Shown piece by piece: positions 39,757-48,874 of a stretch of 64,000 nt of DNA; the first letter of the stretch is position 1; each line of letters begins with the position of its first letter. Origin of the DNA: a virus; the IMG/VR virus record IMGVR_UViG_3300030061_003795; one strand, 5' to 3'. The notes under the pieces were generated by a model. That model ran no database searches and had not been told where the DNA came from. It saw only the letters and a list, made by a program, of their open reading frames with translations. A program made the position numbers and the translations under genes.

Positions 39757-39897
39757 ATGGATCCAATATTAAATCAATTAATGCAGTTAGTAGCTGCAAA
39801 TCCTAATGATGCCACTTTAGGTAAGGCAGTTAGAGAATTAGTTAGAAGAAAATTAAACGAGGGAAGCAATCCGGGAAAACAATTGTTGAAAGGGTGA
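39757..39897 (+). CDS. 46-aa hypothetical protein (absent from ORF track)
   Basis: MDPILNQLMQLVAANPNDATLGKAVRELVRRKLNEGSNPGKQLLKG; GTGA overlap with next gene. Confidence 0.55.
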   Translation: MDPILNQLMQLVAANPNDATLGKAVRELVRRKLNEGSNPGKQLLKG

Positions 39898-40187
39898 ATG
39901 TGTATGTGGATATAGATGAGACTATATGTTTCTATGATGAAGAAAGAGATTACAAACTAGCAAAACCTATACAAAAAAATATTAATAAGATTAATAAATT
40001 ATATGATGAAGGTCACCAAATAACTTATTGGACTGCTAGGGGTACTGTTACTAAAATTGATTGGTTCAAAACAACAGAAAACCAATTAAAAAAATGGGGG
40101 TGTAAATACCATCGATTAAGTACAGGTAAAAAACCTGCTTATGATTTATTAATTTGTGATAAAACCAAAAGAATAGAAGAGATATGA
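39894..40187 (+). CDS. Capless HAD phosphatase (sugar-phosphate phosphatase)
   Basis: DIDET, WTAR, K, CDK. Confidence 0.8.
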   Translation: MNVYVDIDETICFYDEERDYKLAKPIQKNINKINKLYDEGHQITYWTARGTVTKIDWFKTTENQLKKWGCKYHRLSTGKKPAYDLLICDKTKRIEEI

Positions 40188-41242
40188 GTTTAATTCAAAA
40201 TCTTAATGAAACATATATTATAGCAGAAATTGGGCAAAACCACAATGGAGATATTAATATAGCTAAAAAACTTATTGATCAGCTAGATAGATACCCATAT
40301 GATGAAATAACTGGAGGTCGTTTTAATAAAGTTAATGCCATTAAACTAACCAAAAGAGACCTCACTGAGGAGTTATCTAAAGAGGGAATGGATAAACCAT
40401 ATACAGGACCTAATAGTTTTGGCCCCACATATGGTGAGCATAGAGAGTTTTTAGAATTAACTTATAAAGAACATGCTGAGTTAGGAAAATACATTAAATC
40501 TAGGGGATTTGGATTTATAGAAACACTATGTTCTGTTAAATGCCTTAAATTATTAGATATGGTAGATGTAGATAAGATTAAAGTAGCTTCTAGAGATTTA
40601 ACTAATATCCCCCTAATAAAAGCACTATCCCAAAGAAAGGAACCAATCATCTTATCTACAGGTATGGCTGATGAAAATGATCTAAATCGAGCACTAAATA
40701 TATTTAAATCCAATAATAAAACTAATGTTAGTATTCTTCATTGCCTTAGTCAATACCCCGCAGAGTACAATAACTTAAACCTTAATACAATTAAATATTT
40801 ACAAGACAAATATCCTGAATATATTATTGGATATTCTGACCATAGTTTAGGTTCTCACATTCCTGTGGCTGCTACTGCTATGGGATCTAAAATTATAGAA
40901 AAACATGTAACTTTAGACAATAAAATGAAGGGGACTGATCATTTAGGTTCCGCTAATATTGAAACTTTTATTAAAATGGTACATGACATAAGAGCATTAG
41001 AACTTAGTTTAGGAGATTTTAAAATAGAACGTAACCCATCAGTTATTTTAGCGAAAAATAAATTAGAAAGATCTTTGGCCTTTAATAAAAACTTAAATAA
41101 AGGAAAAATAATAAAAGAAGAAGATCTTCATATGATAAGTCCTGGTGATGGATTTAAATGGGAAGATAAAAAACTTTTTATAGGAAAAAAACTCAAAGTT
41201 AATATTAAACATAATACTTTATTAAATGAAAAGCATATCTGA
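40184..41242 (+). CDS. neuB: Nonulosonic acid (KDN/Neu5Ac-9-phosphate-type) synthase
   Basis: IIAEIGQNHNGD, KVAS, LSTGM, HCLSQYP, GYSDH, IEKHVTLD, GTDH, C-terminal SAF domain. Confidence 0.92.
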   Translation: MSLIQNLNETYIIAEIGQNHNGDINIAKKLIDQLDRYPYDEITGGRFNKVNAIKLTKRDLTEELSKEGMDKPYTGPNSFGPTYGEHREFLELTYKEHAELGKYIKSRGFGFIETLCSVKCLKLLDMVDVDKIKVASRDLTNIPLIKALSQRKEPIILSTGMADENDLNRALNIFKSNNKTNVSILHCLSQYPAEYNNLNLNTIKYLQDKYPEYIIGYSDHSLGSHIPVAATAMGSKIIEKHVTLDNKMKGTDHLGSANIETFIKMVHDIRALELSLGDFKIERNPSVILAKNKLERSLAFNKNLNKGKIIKEEDLHMISPGDGFKWEDKKLFIGKKLKVNIKHNTLLNEKHI

Positions 41243-41942
41243 TATTTGTTTTATAGTACAAGCTAGATTAAACTCAGAAAGAGTCCCTAAAAAAATGATT
41301 AGAAATTTTGTAGGCACCACTCTGACGGACCAAGTTATAGAAAAGTTAGTCACCTCAAATTTAATCCCTAACAACCAAATATATCTTTCAGCTTATGAAC
41401 CTGAATTAAAAAGTATAGGGAATAAATATCCTATTAATGTTTTTAATAGATCATATGAATCTGCTAATGTTGATTGTGGTATAAAGACTTTATTTGAATG
41501 GTATAATAAATTACCTTATGAATACGTTGTAATGGTTAGTGGATGTAATCCTTTTTTAAAAATCAAAACCATTGAAAGTTTTATTAAAACATATTTATCT
41601 TCTCCTTATGATGGATTATTCTCAGTAATAGAGAAAAAAAATTATTTTTGGAATCAAAAAGGAAATATGCTTAATGGATGGCCAGAAGGTCAAGATTTAT
41701 TAAATACTAAAGAAGTAGAATCTACTTACGAAGCTGCTCATTGTTTATATGGTTCTAAAATGGATTTAATAGGAAAAGGAAAATGGGTAGGTGATTGGAA
41801 TAAAAAAAATGACCCTGTTTTATTTAAGGTTGAAGAAATGGAAGCATTCGATATTGATTATGAATGGCAATTCGTTTTAGCAGAAAATTTATTTAAACTC
41901 AACGATATAGATCATTCTATTGTTTTAAATTCTTACCAATGA
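41226..41942 (+). CDS. neuA: CMP-nonulosonate synthetase (cytidylyltransferase)
   Basis: QARLNSERVPKKM, CNPF, DIDYEWQF. Confidence 0.85.
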   Translation: MKSISDICFIVQARLNSERVPKKMIRNFVGTTLTDQVIEKLVTSNLIPNNQIYLSAYEPELKSIGNKYPINVFNRSYESANVDCGIKTLFEWYNKLPYEYVVMVSGCNPFLKIKTIESFIKTYLSSPYDGLFSVIEKKNYFWNQKGNMLNGWPEGQDLLNTKEVESTYEAAHCLYGSKMDLIGKGKWVGDWNKKNDPVLFKVEEMEAFDIDYEWQFVLAENLFKLNDIDHSIVLNSYQ

Positions 41943-42607
41943 AAAAAATATTTTTAGATTGTGGAGCAAATAAAGGCCAAAGTATAAATTTTGCTTTACA
42001 AACAATTTTAAAAAATTATGAGTATGAAATACATTCATTTGAGACACTTCCTCTCTTTGTAACTAAATTAAACAAATACTTTAAATCAAATCCTAACGTC
42101 AAGATATATCATAATGCTGTGTGGGATAAAGAAGGAACAGAAAAGTTTTTCATATCTTCTAAATCTACAGAAAGTGGTACTCTAATAAAAGAAAAAACAT
42201 CAGGCGGTGTTAGTATTGATTCTTTCATAAATGTTCCTACTTTAGATTTTTCTAAATGGATAGTTAATAATTTGAACAAAACTAATTATATTATATTAAA
42301 ATTTGATATTGAAGGAGCAGAATATAAAGTATTAAAACATCTAATTCAAACGGGAACAATTGACTATATAAACGAATTTAGAGGAGAATTCCATTATAAT
42401 AAATTAACCCCAACAGACGAATTAGTAGATGATATTAATTTAGTCCATGAGTACTTTAATCAAAATAACCTTAAATTTATTCCATGGGAAGTTGGTGGTC
42501 ATTTAGGGCTAGTAGATTATAAAAAAGGAACCAAACCTTCTCTTAGATCTAGTAAAATATTAGATTATGATGAAAATGGAAATGAAATATACGATGAAGA
42601 ATTATGA
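41939..42607 (+). CDS. FkbM-family methyltransferase
   Basis: FLDCGANKG, SFE, AVW, LKFDIEGAEY. Confidence 0.88.
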   Translation: MKKIFLDCGANKGQSINFALQTILKNYEYEIHSFETLPLFVTKLNKYFKSNPNVKIYHNAVWDKEGTEKFFISSKSTESGTLIKEKTSGGVSIDSFINVPTLDFSKWIVNNLNKTNYIILKFDIEGAEYKVLKHLIQTGTIDYINEFRGEFHYNKLTPTDELVDDINLVHEYFNQNNLKFIPWEVGGHLGLVDYKKGTKPSLRSSKILDYDENGNEIYDEEL

Positions 42608-43365
42608 ATTCTAAAACAAAACAACTTAAAGAAGAAATATTAACTTTAGAAACTGTAGAGGAAAGATTAAATTATCTAAATAATGTTTTTAAAGACAAAA
42701 AAGTTGTTATATTAGCACCTGGCCCCACCTTAAAAGACCATGATTTATCTCCCCTAAAAGATAGAGAGGATATAATAATATTAGCAATTAAACAAGCTTA
42801 TAATCAAATTAAAGGTCAGGCTGATTTTCATATTGTTAATACTTATAACTTTGATAAATATAATGGATATGATTATGAACATTTAAATACTATTATATTT
42901 TATGGTTTATCTAAATCATATATCCCCCAACAAATGGAGAAATTAGCAATAAAACCCCATCCTTGCGACATATGGGTACCTGTAGTTAACCCCCCTTACA
43001 TCAAATATGAAGAATGTATACATATGGGGAATTGGGATAAATTATTGATGTTACAGTCTACCCCTGAGACTTGGTGGGGAACTTCCATATTATTTGAACA
43101 AGCAATTCCCTTAGCTTTATTATTAGGTTGTAGTAAAATATATACTATAGGGTGGGATATGACTACAGGACAACATTCTTATAACCATAAAGAAGTAGAA
43201 TTTACCCCCATGAGTGGAGAAGAACAAAAAACCCTTGATAGTGTTAAAGGAACAAAACAATTGTTTGATTGGTGTAAAAATAAAAATGTAGAAATTAATA
43301 TTCTTTCAAAAATAAATAAAGCAGATTCTAGATTTAAGAGATTAAAGTCAATAAGTGAAATATGA
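42604..43365 (+). CDS. Maf/DUF115-like (sialyltransferase-fold) glycosyltransferase
   Basis: KVVILAPGPTL, AIPLALLLGCSKIYTIGWD..H. Confidence 0.65.
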   Translation: MNSKTKQLKEEILTLETVEERLNYLNNVFKDKKVVILAPGPTLKDHDLSPLKDREDIIILAIKQAYNQIKGQADFHIVNTYNFDKYNGYDYEHLNTIIFYGLSKSYIPQQMEKLAIKPHPCDIWVPVVNPPYIKYEECIHMGNWDKLLMLQSTPETWWGTSILFEQAIPLALLLGCSKIYTIGWDMTTGQHSYNHKEVEFTPMSGEEQKTLDSVKGTKQLFDWCKNKNVEINILSKINKADSRFKRLKSISEI

Positions 43366-44132
43366 ATATAGTATTTATTCCAAATATAAACACGGGAAAT
43401 GATCGCAATAACCCATACCATTATTCTGTAAAAAGTTGGGAGAAGTGGGCTCAACAATACAACGACATTGAAATTATAGAGTGGAATGAACCCATAATGG
43501 ATCCTAAGCAATTTAAAATAACCCTACAACGATACTGGGCCCATGATATATTGAAACATAATAATATTGAATATAATCAGATTTTAATAGTAGATGCTGA
43601 TACTATTATTCACCCAGAATGTCCTAATTTTTTTAAAGAAACTAATGGTGAATTTGGAGTTGTATTGAATAATGGGTGTTATGAATGGACAACTAGAAGT
43701 ATAGAGCAGTGGGGTAATACCTTATTTCCTAATGAACCTAAAATTAAATCTTGGAAATATTTTAATGGTGGCTTTCAAATTACAAGTAAAAAACATATCC
43801 CTTTTTACACCCAAGTCCAAAATTACTATACTGAAAACATTGATTTAATAAATGAATTAGGACAGAAAATTAAAGCGGGGACAGATCAAACAATTATAAA
43901 TTATTTGGTATCCCAAAATAAAATTCCTACATTATATCTACCAGAATGTTATAATTTACAAGATTTATTTAGAAAAAATCTTTTACATATCCCTAACCAT
44001 TCTTGGTTTAAAGATGATTTAAAATTTTTAGAGGCGGGATGGGTATATCATTTTAATGCAATACCACAAAACCCAAGACACGTAAACTATTGGATGGAAA
44101 GAACTTATAAAGAATTATATGAAAATAAATAA
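43362..44132 (+). CDS. GT-A glycosyltransferase (GT8/GT34-like)
   Basis: VDAD, YFNGG, DQT..N, HF. Confidence 0.75.
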   Translation: MNIVFIPNINTGNDRNNPYHYSVKSWEKWAQQYNDIEIIEWNEPIMDPKQFKITLQRYWAHDILKHNNIEYNQILIVDADTIIHPECPNFFKETNGEFGVVLNNGCYEWTTRSIEQWGNTLFPNEPKIKSWKYFNGGFQITSKKHIPFYTQVQNYYTENIDLINELGQKIKAGTDQTIINYLVSQNKIPTLYLPECYNLQDLFRKNLLHIPNHSWFKDDLKFLEAGWVYHFNAIPQNPRHVNYWMERTYKELYENK

Positions 44133-44718
44133 AATTTTAGAAAAAATTCCAGATAAACAATTTAGATGGAAAGGTACTACGAGTTTAAAATGGAAAGAGG
44201 AAGTGTATAATTTTTTTAAAGAAAAAAATATTAAAAATACTCTAGAGATAGGAACAAACCAAGGATGGACTTCTTATCTTTTTTCATTTATATCTGATAA
44301 AGTTTACACTGTTGAATATGATGACCATAACCTTCAAGAAGCAAAAAAACATTGTTGTGAGGTTGATAATATAGATTTTATACAAGGAGATGCCTATAAT
44401 GATAAGACCTACCAAACTCTTCCTAAATATTTAGATGTAATCGTTATAGATTGTATTCATGATTATAGTCATGTTATTCAGGATATTAATAGATCTTTAC
44501 AATATATAGATCCTAATAAAGGAATGTATTTAGTATTTGATGATTATTCCCATCCTCAATCTACGGGAGTAAGAGAAGCTATTGATCATTCTATAAAAGA
44601 AGGTTTAAAATTTGAATGTTACGTTGGACATAAGAAAGGACACATTGTAAATAGAAACAATAATACAAGTTTTACATTAAACGGACCGGAAGGAATTATT
44701 TTAAGTTATGGAAAATAA
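44119..44718 (+). CDS. Class I SAM methyltransferase (Methyltransf_24-like)
   Basis: LEIGT..G, IDC.HDY..V..D, FDDY. Confidence 0.85.
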   Translation: MKINKILEKIPDKQFRWKGTTSLKWKEEVYNFFKEKNIKNTLEIGTNQGWTSYLFSFISDKVYTVEYDDHNLQEAKKHCCEVDNIDFIQGDAYNDKTYQTLPKYLDVIVIDCIHDYSHVIQDINRSLQYIDPNKGMYLVFDDYSHPQSTGVREAIDHSIKEGLKFECYVGHKKGHIVNRNNNTSFTLNGPEGIILSYGK

Positions 44719-45445
44719 ATATAATATATTATTTACATTAAATTCATCATATTTAACTTATGGGAAACTTTTCATAAATTCATTATATGATAATAATGAT
44801 ATGACTAAAGTAAATACAGTTTACTTAGCAGACACAGGGTTAACAAAACAAGATAAAAAATTTTTCAATAATTACCCTCATATAAAAATATTAAAAACTA
44901 ACATAATTACTGATTTTAATAAAGGAGGAACATGGGGAGAAGGGTGGTCAAATTCTGTTATTTCTAAAACACAATCCCTTTATAAGATTCTACAAACATC
45001 CCCTTTCCCCATAATGATGATAGATGCTGATTGTATTATTAAAAGAGATCTTAGCAATTTAATATCTAAAGATGTAAGTGTTCAGTTGTGTTGTAGAAAG
45101 CCTCATAAAATCCCCTATTTAGGGTCTTTTGTAATAATACATCCAGACGATGACGGGAGATTGTTTACACAAAAATGGATTAATAATATTAACAATACTT
45201 CAGGCTTTCAAGCTAGGGAAAGTCCTAATTTGGGGAAAACAGTTGCTGAAAATAAAAATATAAAAATTGAAGATATACCTAGAATAAAAGTCAGTTGTTT
45301 CAATAAAAAAGAATATAATCCCGATGTTTATATCATTCATTTAAAAGGAAGTAGTTTATCGAATAATATAGAACAAGATAATCAAAAGAGAATTTATGGT
45401 AAGCATGGGTTTGATGAACTAATAAAAAAATATCTTAAAGAATAA
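44708..45445 (+). CDS. GT-A nucleotide-diphospho-sugar transferase (GT77-like)
   Basis: D.GL, K, IDAD, IIHLK. Confidence 0.65.
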   Translation: MENKYNILFTLNSSYLTYGKLFINSLYDNNDMTKVNTVYLADTGLTKQDKKFFNNYPHIKILKTNIITDFNKGGTWGEGWSNSVISKTQSLYKILQTSPFPIMMIDADCIIKRDLSNLISKDVSVQLCCRKPHKIPYLGSFVIIHPDDDGRLFTQKWINNINNTSGFQARESPNLGKTVAENKNIKIEDIPRIKVSCFNKKEYNPDVYIIHLKGSSLSNNIEQDNQKRIYGKHGFDELIKKYLKE

Positions 45446-45447
45446 CT

Positions 45448-46314
45448 ATGAATAATAAATTTGAATTAAAAAAAAACCACATGACAATTAATTGTGATGG
45501 AGGAATGGGGAATCGTTTAAACTCATTAATTGGGGGAATATGGACCTCAAAAAAACTTAATATACCTTATACTATAGCATGGCCCTCCAATAATGCATGT
45601 GGGTGTTATTTCCATGACTTATTTGATACTACAACACCTGTAACAACTCAAGGAATTAATAGTTTATTCGAAAATAATATAAAAAATATTTTTTTAATTC
45701 ATAAAAACCATACAAAATTTGAATTAAAAAGATGGTATAAAATGAATGAAGATAGTCTCAAACAACTATTAACAGAAGATGATCATATTATATATTATCA
45801 TGACCAAATTCCTGGATTTATAACAAATAAAGATATAGTTAGTATATTATCTGAGTTAAAAATTCAAAAACACATATTAGAAGAAATTAATAATTTTTGT
45901 TTAAATAATAAAATTAACTCAACTGTGCAAGGACTCCATTTAAGACTAACAGATAGAAGTGGTGAAATTAACGTTAATGAGTTTTATAATAGAGTATTAT
46001 CCCAACCCCAAGATAAATTTTTTGTTTGTTCTGATGATTTTGATTGGGAAACAAAATTTTCATCTTTAGATAATGTTTCAACTTATCAAAAAACAGAATA
46101 TGTAGAAAAAAATATCCCCGGGAAGTGGAGAACAAAAGTAACAGACCAAGAAGGACGAATTAGTAATTACAATGTAAATAGGTCAAGAAATTCAGTAATA
46201 CAGGCATTTATAGACTTAATTATATTATCTAAAACATCTATAATATCTACTAATAAAGATAGTACATTTTTAAAAATAGCTTATTTATATAATAATATAC
46301 ATAAAAATAAATAA
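45448..46314 (+). CDS. Fucosyltransferase-fold glycosyltransferase (GT11/GT23/POFUT-like)
   Basis: GGMGNRL, GLHLRLTD, FVCSD, DLIILS, STF. Confidence 0.8.
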   Translation: MNNKFELKKNHMTINCDGGMGNRLNSLIGGIWTSKKLNIPYTIAWPSNNACGCYFHDLFDTTTPVTTQGINSLFENNIKNIFLIHKNHTKFELKRWYKMNEDSLKQLLTEDDHIIYYHDQIPGFITNKDIVSILSELKIQKHILEEINNFCLNNKINSTVQGLHLRLTDRSGEINVNEFYNRVLSQPQDKFFVCSDDFDWETKFSSLDNVSTYQKTEYVEKNIPGKWRTKVTDQEGRISNYNVNRSRNSVIQAFIDLIILSKTSIISTNKDSTFLKIAYLYNNIHKNK

Positions 46315-46319
46315 TAAAC

Positions 46320-46736
46320 ATGGAAAAAATATACTCAAAATTAACCCCCGATAAATTATTACATATAATAGTAAGAAAAAATGACTTAAAGCCTGGAAGA
46401 GTTGATGTTGTTCCTGAAGATAATTTTATACAATGTGCAGCTTTAAACATGGAAAAGGATAAAACTTTTAAACCACATAAACATATATGGAAAAAAAGAA
46501 ATAGAAATATTATAGCTCAAGAAAGTTGGATAGTAATACAAGGTAAAGTAAAATGTCACTTTTATGATTTAGATGACACTATAATTTCAGAACCAATATT
46601 AGAGCCAGGTGATGCTAGTTTTACTTTAGAGGGAGCTCATACTTACACAATATTAGAAGATGATACTTTAGTATATGAATATAAAACAGGACCTTATGAA
46701 GGTCAAGAATTAGATAAAACTTTTATAGATGATTAA
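46320..46736 (+). CDS. WbuC-like cupin
   Basis: PHKH, QE..IV..G, H, EYKTGPY. Confidence 0.75.
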   Translation: MEKIYSKLTPDKLLHIIVRKNDLKPGRVDVVPEDNFIQCAALNMEKDKTFKPHKHIWKKRNRNIIAQESWIVIQGKVKCHFYDLDDTIISEPILEPGDASFTLEGAHTYTILEDDTLVYEYKTGPYEGQELDKTFIDD

Positions 46737-47274
46737 ATTAAACTTAGGTTGTGGGTGGAGAAACTTTGGATCTGGTTGGATTCATATTGATGGTGGTGAT
46801 TATGATCACTTAGATCATAATGATATTACTAATTTAAAGTTTGAAGATAATAGTGTAGACTTAATTTACGCAAGTCATGTTATTGAATATTTTGATATAA
46901 ATGAAGTAAAACAATTACTTCAAGAATGGAGGAGAGTATTAAAACCCGGGGGTGGATTAAGAGTTGCTGTTCCTGATTTTGAGTCTATGAATGTATTATA
47001 TTATAACGGAAAAGTAAAATTAAAGGATATTATAGGTCCCCTTTATGGTAGAATGCCAATGGGAGATAAAACAATATATCATAAAACAACATATGATTAC
47101 GAGTCGCTATACCTTTTATTGGATGGACTAGAATATAATAATATTGAAAGATATGATTGGAGAGAATATGAAGTTCATAGACAAAATGATGACCACTCAC
47201 AAGCATATCTTAATCCTAAAGGGGATAAAGATAAAGGAACCTTAATAAGTTTAAATGTAAAAGCAAGAAAATGA
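46729..47274 (+). CDS. SAM-dependent methyltransferase (type 11-like)
   Basis: KLNLGCG, SHVIEY, RVLKPGG.LRVAVPD. Confidence 0.88.
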   Translation: MIKLNLGCGWRNFGSGWIHIDGGDYDHLDHNDITNLKFEDNSVDLIYASHVIEYFDINEVKQLLQEWRRVLKPGGGLRVAVPDFESMNVLYYNGKVKLKDIIGPLYGRMPMGDKTIYHKTTYDYESLYLLLDGLEYNNIERYDWREYEVHRQNDDHSQAYLNPKGDKDKGTLISLNVKARK

Positions 47275-47897
47275 GTTTTAACAAAATAACAGAGTTTGAA
47301 AATAAAATAGCAAAGTTTTTTGGATCACCTTATGCAGTAGCAGTAGATTGCTGTACACATGGAGTTGAATTGTGTTTAAGATATAAAAATGCAAGGAAAA
47401 TTACAGTACCAAAACGAACATATATTTCAATTCCTTTTTTAGCAAATAAGTTAAATATAGACTTGGAATGGAAAGATGAAATTTGGACTAATTATTATTA
47501 TTTAACTGACAATATAATTGATGCCGCTGTATTATGGAAAAAAAATAGTTACATACCAAATACTTTTATGAATATATCATTTCAATTCAAAAAACATTTG
47601 GCTCTTGGTAGAGGGGGTGTTATACTAACAGATAGTAAAAATGCAGCCATGGAATTAAAAAAGATGTCATATGACGGAAGACATCCAGACATTCCTTGGA
47701 GAGAACAAAATATCAACATTGTAGGATATCATTACTATATGACACCTGAAACAGCTGAGTTAGGTTTAAAAAAACTAGATAAAGCCATCGACACTCTACC
47801 TAAACAATGGGTAGTAGAAGATTGGCCAGATTTAACACAAATGGATGTATTTACTCCCAAAATTGAGGGGATAGATCCTTATTTACAAACAAGATAA
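47271..47897 (+). CDS. Compact DegT/DnrJ-family PLP sugar aminotransferase
   Basis: FE..IA.FFG..YAVAV..CT, IDAA, SFQFKKHL...GG. Confidence 0.8.
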   Translation: MSFNKITEFENKIAKFFGSPYAVAVDCCTHGVELCLRYKNARKITVPKRTYISIPFLANKLNIDLEWKDEIWTNYYYLTDNIIDAAVLWKKNSYIPNTFMNISFQFKKHLALGRGGVILTDSKNAAMELKKMSYDGRHPDIPWREQNINIVGYHYYMTPETAELGLKKLDKAIDTLPKQWVVEDWPDLTQMDVFTPKIEGIDPYLQTR

Positions 47898-47899
47898 CT

Positions 47900-48874
47900 A
47901 TGAAAAAAGCATTCATCACAGGAATTGGGGGGCAAGACGGAAGTTACTTAGCTGAGTATTTACTAGAGCTGGGGTATGAAGTACATGGAATAGTAAGAAG
48001 AAATTCATCCCCAGAAAACCAAGATTTACGACTATTTAATATAGAAAAAAAGATTCACACTTATTATGGTGATTTACTAGATCAAGGGGGATTAGAAAGA
48101 TTATTAGACAAAATCCAACCTGATGAAATATACAATATAGCAGCACAGTCTCATGTAAGAATTAGTTTTGATATACCTCAATTTACAGTTCAAACTAACG
48201 CTATTGGGGTATTGAATATGTTAGAGGCTTATAGAAGGAGCTGCCCTCAAGCTAAATTTTATCAAGCAAGTTCTTCAGAAATGTTTGGGCTATCCGTTGA
48301 AGATGATAATTTTCAAAGAGAAACCACAATAATGAATCCTGTATCCCCATATGGCTGTTCTAAAGTATTTGGTTATAATATTGTAAGAAACTATAGACGA
48401 GCTTATGGATTACATGCTACTAATGGTATTTTATTTAACCATGAGTCCCCAAGAAGGGGTTCTAATTTTGTAACTAATAAAGTAGCTAAAGCCGCTGCCA
48501 GAATTAAATTGGGGCTACAAGATAAACTAGAATTAGGTAATATGGATTCTTATAGGGATTGGGGTCATTCATATGATTATGTAAGAGCAATGTATTTGAT
48601 GATGCAACATAATAAACCTGGAGATTGGGTAGTATCAACTATGGAAACACACTCAGTAAGAGAAATGTGCGAATTAGTATTTAATCATTTAGGATTAAAT
48701 TATGAAGATTATGTAATTCAAAACCCACAATTCCTAAGGCCAGAAGAACTACCTTACTTAAAAGGAGATTCTACTAAAATTAGAACAGAATTAGGTTGGA
48801 AGCCAACATATACTTTTAGTGAAATAATGATTGAAATGGTAAATTTTTGGTTAAAAAAATATTCAAATGTGTAG
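47900..48874 (+). CDS. gmd: GDP-mannose 4,6-dehydratase
   Basis: ITGIGGQDGSYLAE, AQSHV, QASSSE, SPYGCSK, NHESPRRG, RDWGH. Confidence 0.95.
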   Translation: MKKAFITGIGGQDGSYLAEYLLELGYEVHGIVRRNSSPENQDLRLFNIEKKIHTYYGDLLDQGGLERLLDKIQPDEIYNIAAQSHVRISFDIPQFTVQTNAIGVLNMLEAYRRSCPQAKFYQASSSEMFGLSVEDDNFQRETTIMNPVSPYGCSKVFGYNIVRNYRRAYGLHATNGILFNHESPRRGSNFVTNKVAKAAARIKLGLQDKLELGNMDSYRDWGHSYDYVRAMYLMMQHNKPGDWVVSTMETHSVREMCELVFNHLGLNYEDYVIQNPQFLRPEELPYLKGDSTKIRTELGWKPTYTFSEIMIEMVNFWLKKYSNV

